DNA of 64,000 bases from Octopus bimaculoides. Lineage: Eukaryota. Where the stretch lies: NCBI RefSeq assembly GCF_001194135.2, contig NC_068983.1, forward strand, positions 99,437,261 to 99,501,260. The letters are read 5' to 3'. The notes below the pieces were generated by a model. The model saw only the letters and a list, made by a program, of their open reading frames with translations, was not told the DNA's origin and searched no databases. This document shows, in pieces, positions 62,740 through 64,000 of this stretch. Position 1 is the first letter of the stretch, and each line of letters opens with the position of its first letter. The translations under genes and the position numbers were made by a program.

Positions 62740-64000
62740 ACTCCTACTTAGGGTTTATCTCCTATGTAAGGTAGTGATCATGTAGTGCATAAAAATGATG
62801 GTGTCGTGTATGCAGGTTGAAGGCTATTGTTTCTGAATTCTGCCAAATGCAAGCTTTCTTTTCAGCTACATGACGCTGCTGTCTCTCATCCCAAGGTTTC
62901 ACAGGCCCACACCTCCCATACCCTCAGGGTTGGCACACTCAACGTGGGCACACTGAAAGGTAGGTCTGGTGAGATTGTTGAGATGCTTGAATGGAGACGT
63001 GTAGATTTGTGCAGCATCCAAGAAGTAAGGTGGAGAGGAGGTTCCACTAGGTTGCTCACAGGCAAAGAACATAGGTACAAGATTTTCTGGGCAGGGAACA
63101 CTGATGGGGTCGGGGCCATGGGTATACTTCTTGTGGAGAAATGGGTTGATAAGGTAACCGAGGTAGTCAGAGTCTGCAATAGAATACTTGAGATTAGATT
63201 AGTGCTACATCATGGGTTAGTAACCATTATCTCGGCCTAGGCCCCTCAGCTGGGGCTACCTGATGAACAGAAAGACCGATTTTATGACACCCTCTTGCTG
63301 ACTACCTCGTTAACGAATGACAGGGACCTTCCCTTTGTGGCTGGTATCTTCAATGGACATATTGGACAACATACAGGGGGCTTCCATGGCATACATGGAG
63401 GCTATGGTTTTGGTTCCCGCAATGAGGAAGGAACCAGGCTGCTGGAGATCTGCGCTGCAAATGATCTTATGGTTTGCAATACTAACTTCAGGAAACCTGC
63501 CAGTCACCTAGTCACCTACCGTTCTGGCAGGCACACTAGCCAAATTGACTACATCCTCACCAGAGAAAGGGAAAGATGGCTGCTTATAATGCCAAAACCT
63601 TCCCAGGCGAAGAATGTACCCCACGACATAGACTAGTAGTTAGCGACTTCAGGATTGGGGATAAATGGATGCTCAGAAGACGACCAGCATGGAGGAGAAG
63701 GGTCTGGAAGCTTAAAGATCCTGCAAATAGACAGAGATTTAGAGACGTATTACTCAAAGCCTTTGACGAAATAGGGGGGGGGGGGGTATAGCATCATATG
63801 ATGTGGAAGACAACTGGAGGTTTCTACAAGACAACCTGCTGAGGGCCACTGACCAGATCTGTGGCTGGTGCAAAGTTTCCTCTCGACCCAAGGTAACGTG
63901 GTGGTGGAACAATGTTGTTGACAGGGCTATTAGACAAAAGAAACAGGCTTGGAAGGACTGGAAGAACAGTGATAGCAGGGAATTGTATCAGACTGCCAGA
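62740..64000 (+). mobile_element. RTE-clade LINE 5' part (APE domain), decayed and running off the window
   Basis: LRVGTLNVGTLKGRSGEIVEML..IQEVRWRGG, GFGSRNEEG..CNTNF..SQIDYIL..HRLVVSDF, with stops. Confidence 0.88.

Overview
AT-rich eukaryotic genomic DNA with many microsatellites and N-gaps. The SINE set and (TA)n/(CA)n load suggest an octopus/cephalopod draft assembly (inference, not verified). Two spliced + strand genes were reconstructed by hand. (1) TTC25/ODAD4, the TPR subunit of the outer dynein arm docking complex: 11 visible coding exons from 4939 to about 37346, with one exon inferred missing, probably in a gap. (2) An unrecognised coiled-coil-type gene starting at 52499 and probably running past the window; it includes a GC-AG intron. 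The rest is a dense mix of decayed mobile elements: Tx1/L1-like, RTE/BovB-like, R4/Dong-like and Hero/NeSL-like LINE pieces, mariner and Tc1 transposons, tRNA-derived SINEs, a MITE and a candidate solo LTR. The main unexplained signal is RNA-level. Five unrelated Penelope-like (PLE) pseudo-LTR families, four as inverted repeats and one beside a GIY-YIG ORF, carry minimal type I hammerhead ribozyme folds (10 motifs plus one half motif). Several lie in sense orientation inside introns of the two genes. None has the canonical G10.1-C11.1 stem II closing pair. All folds were paired by eye; no activity data are available.
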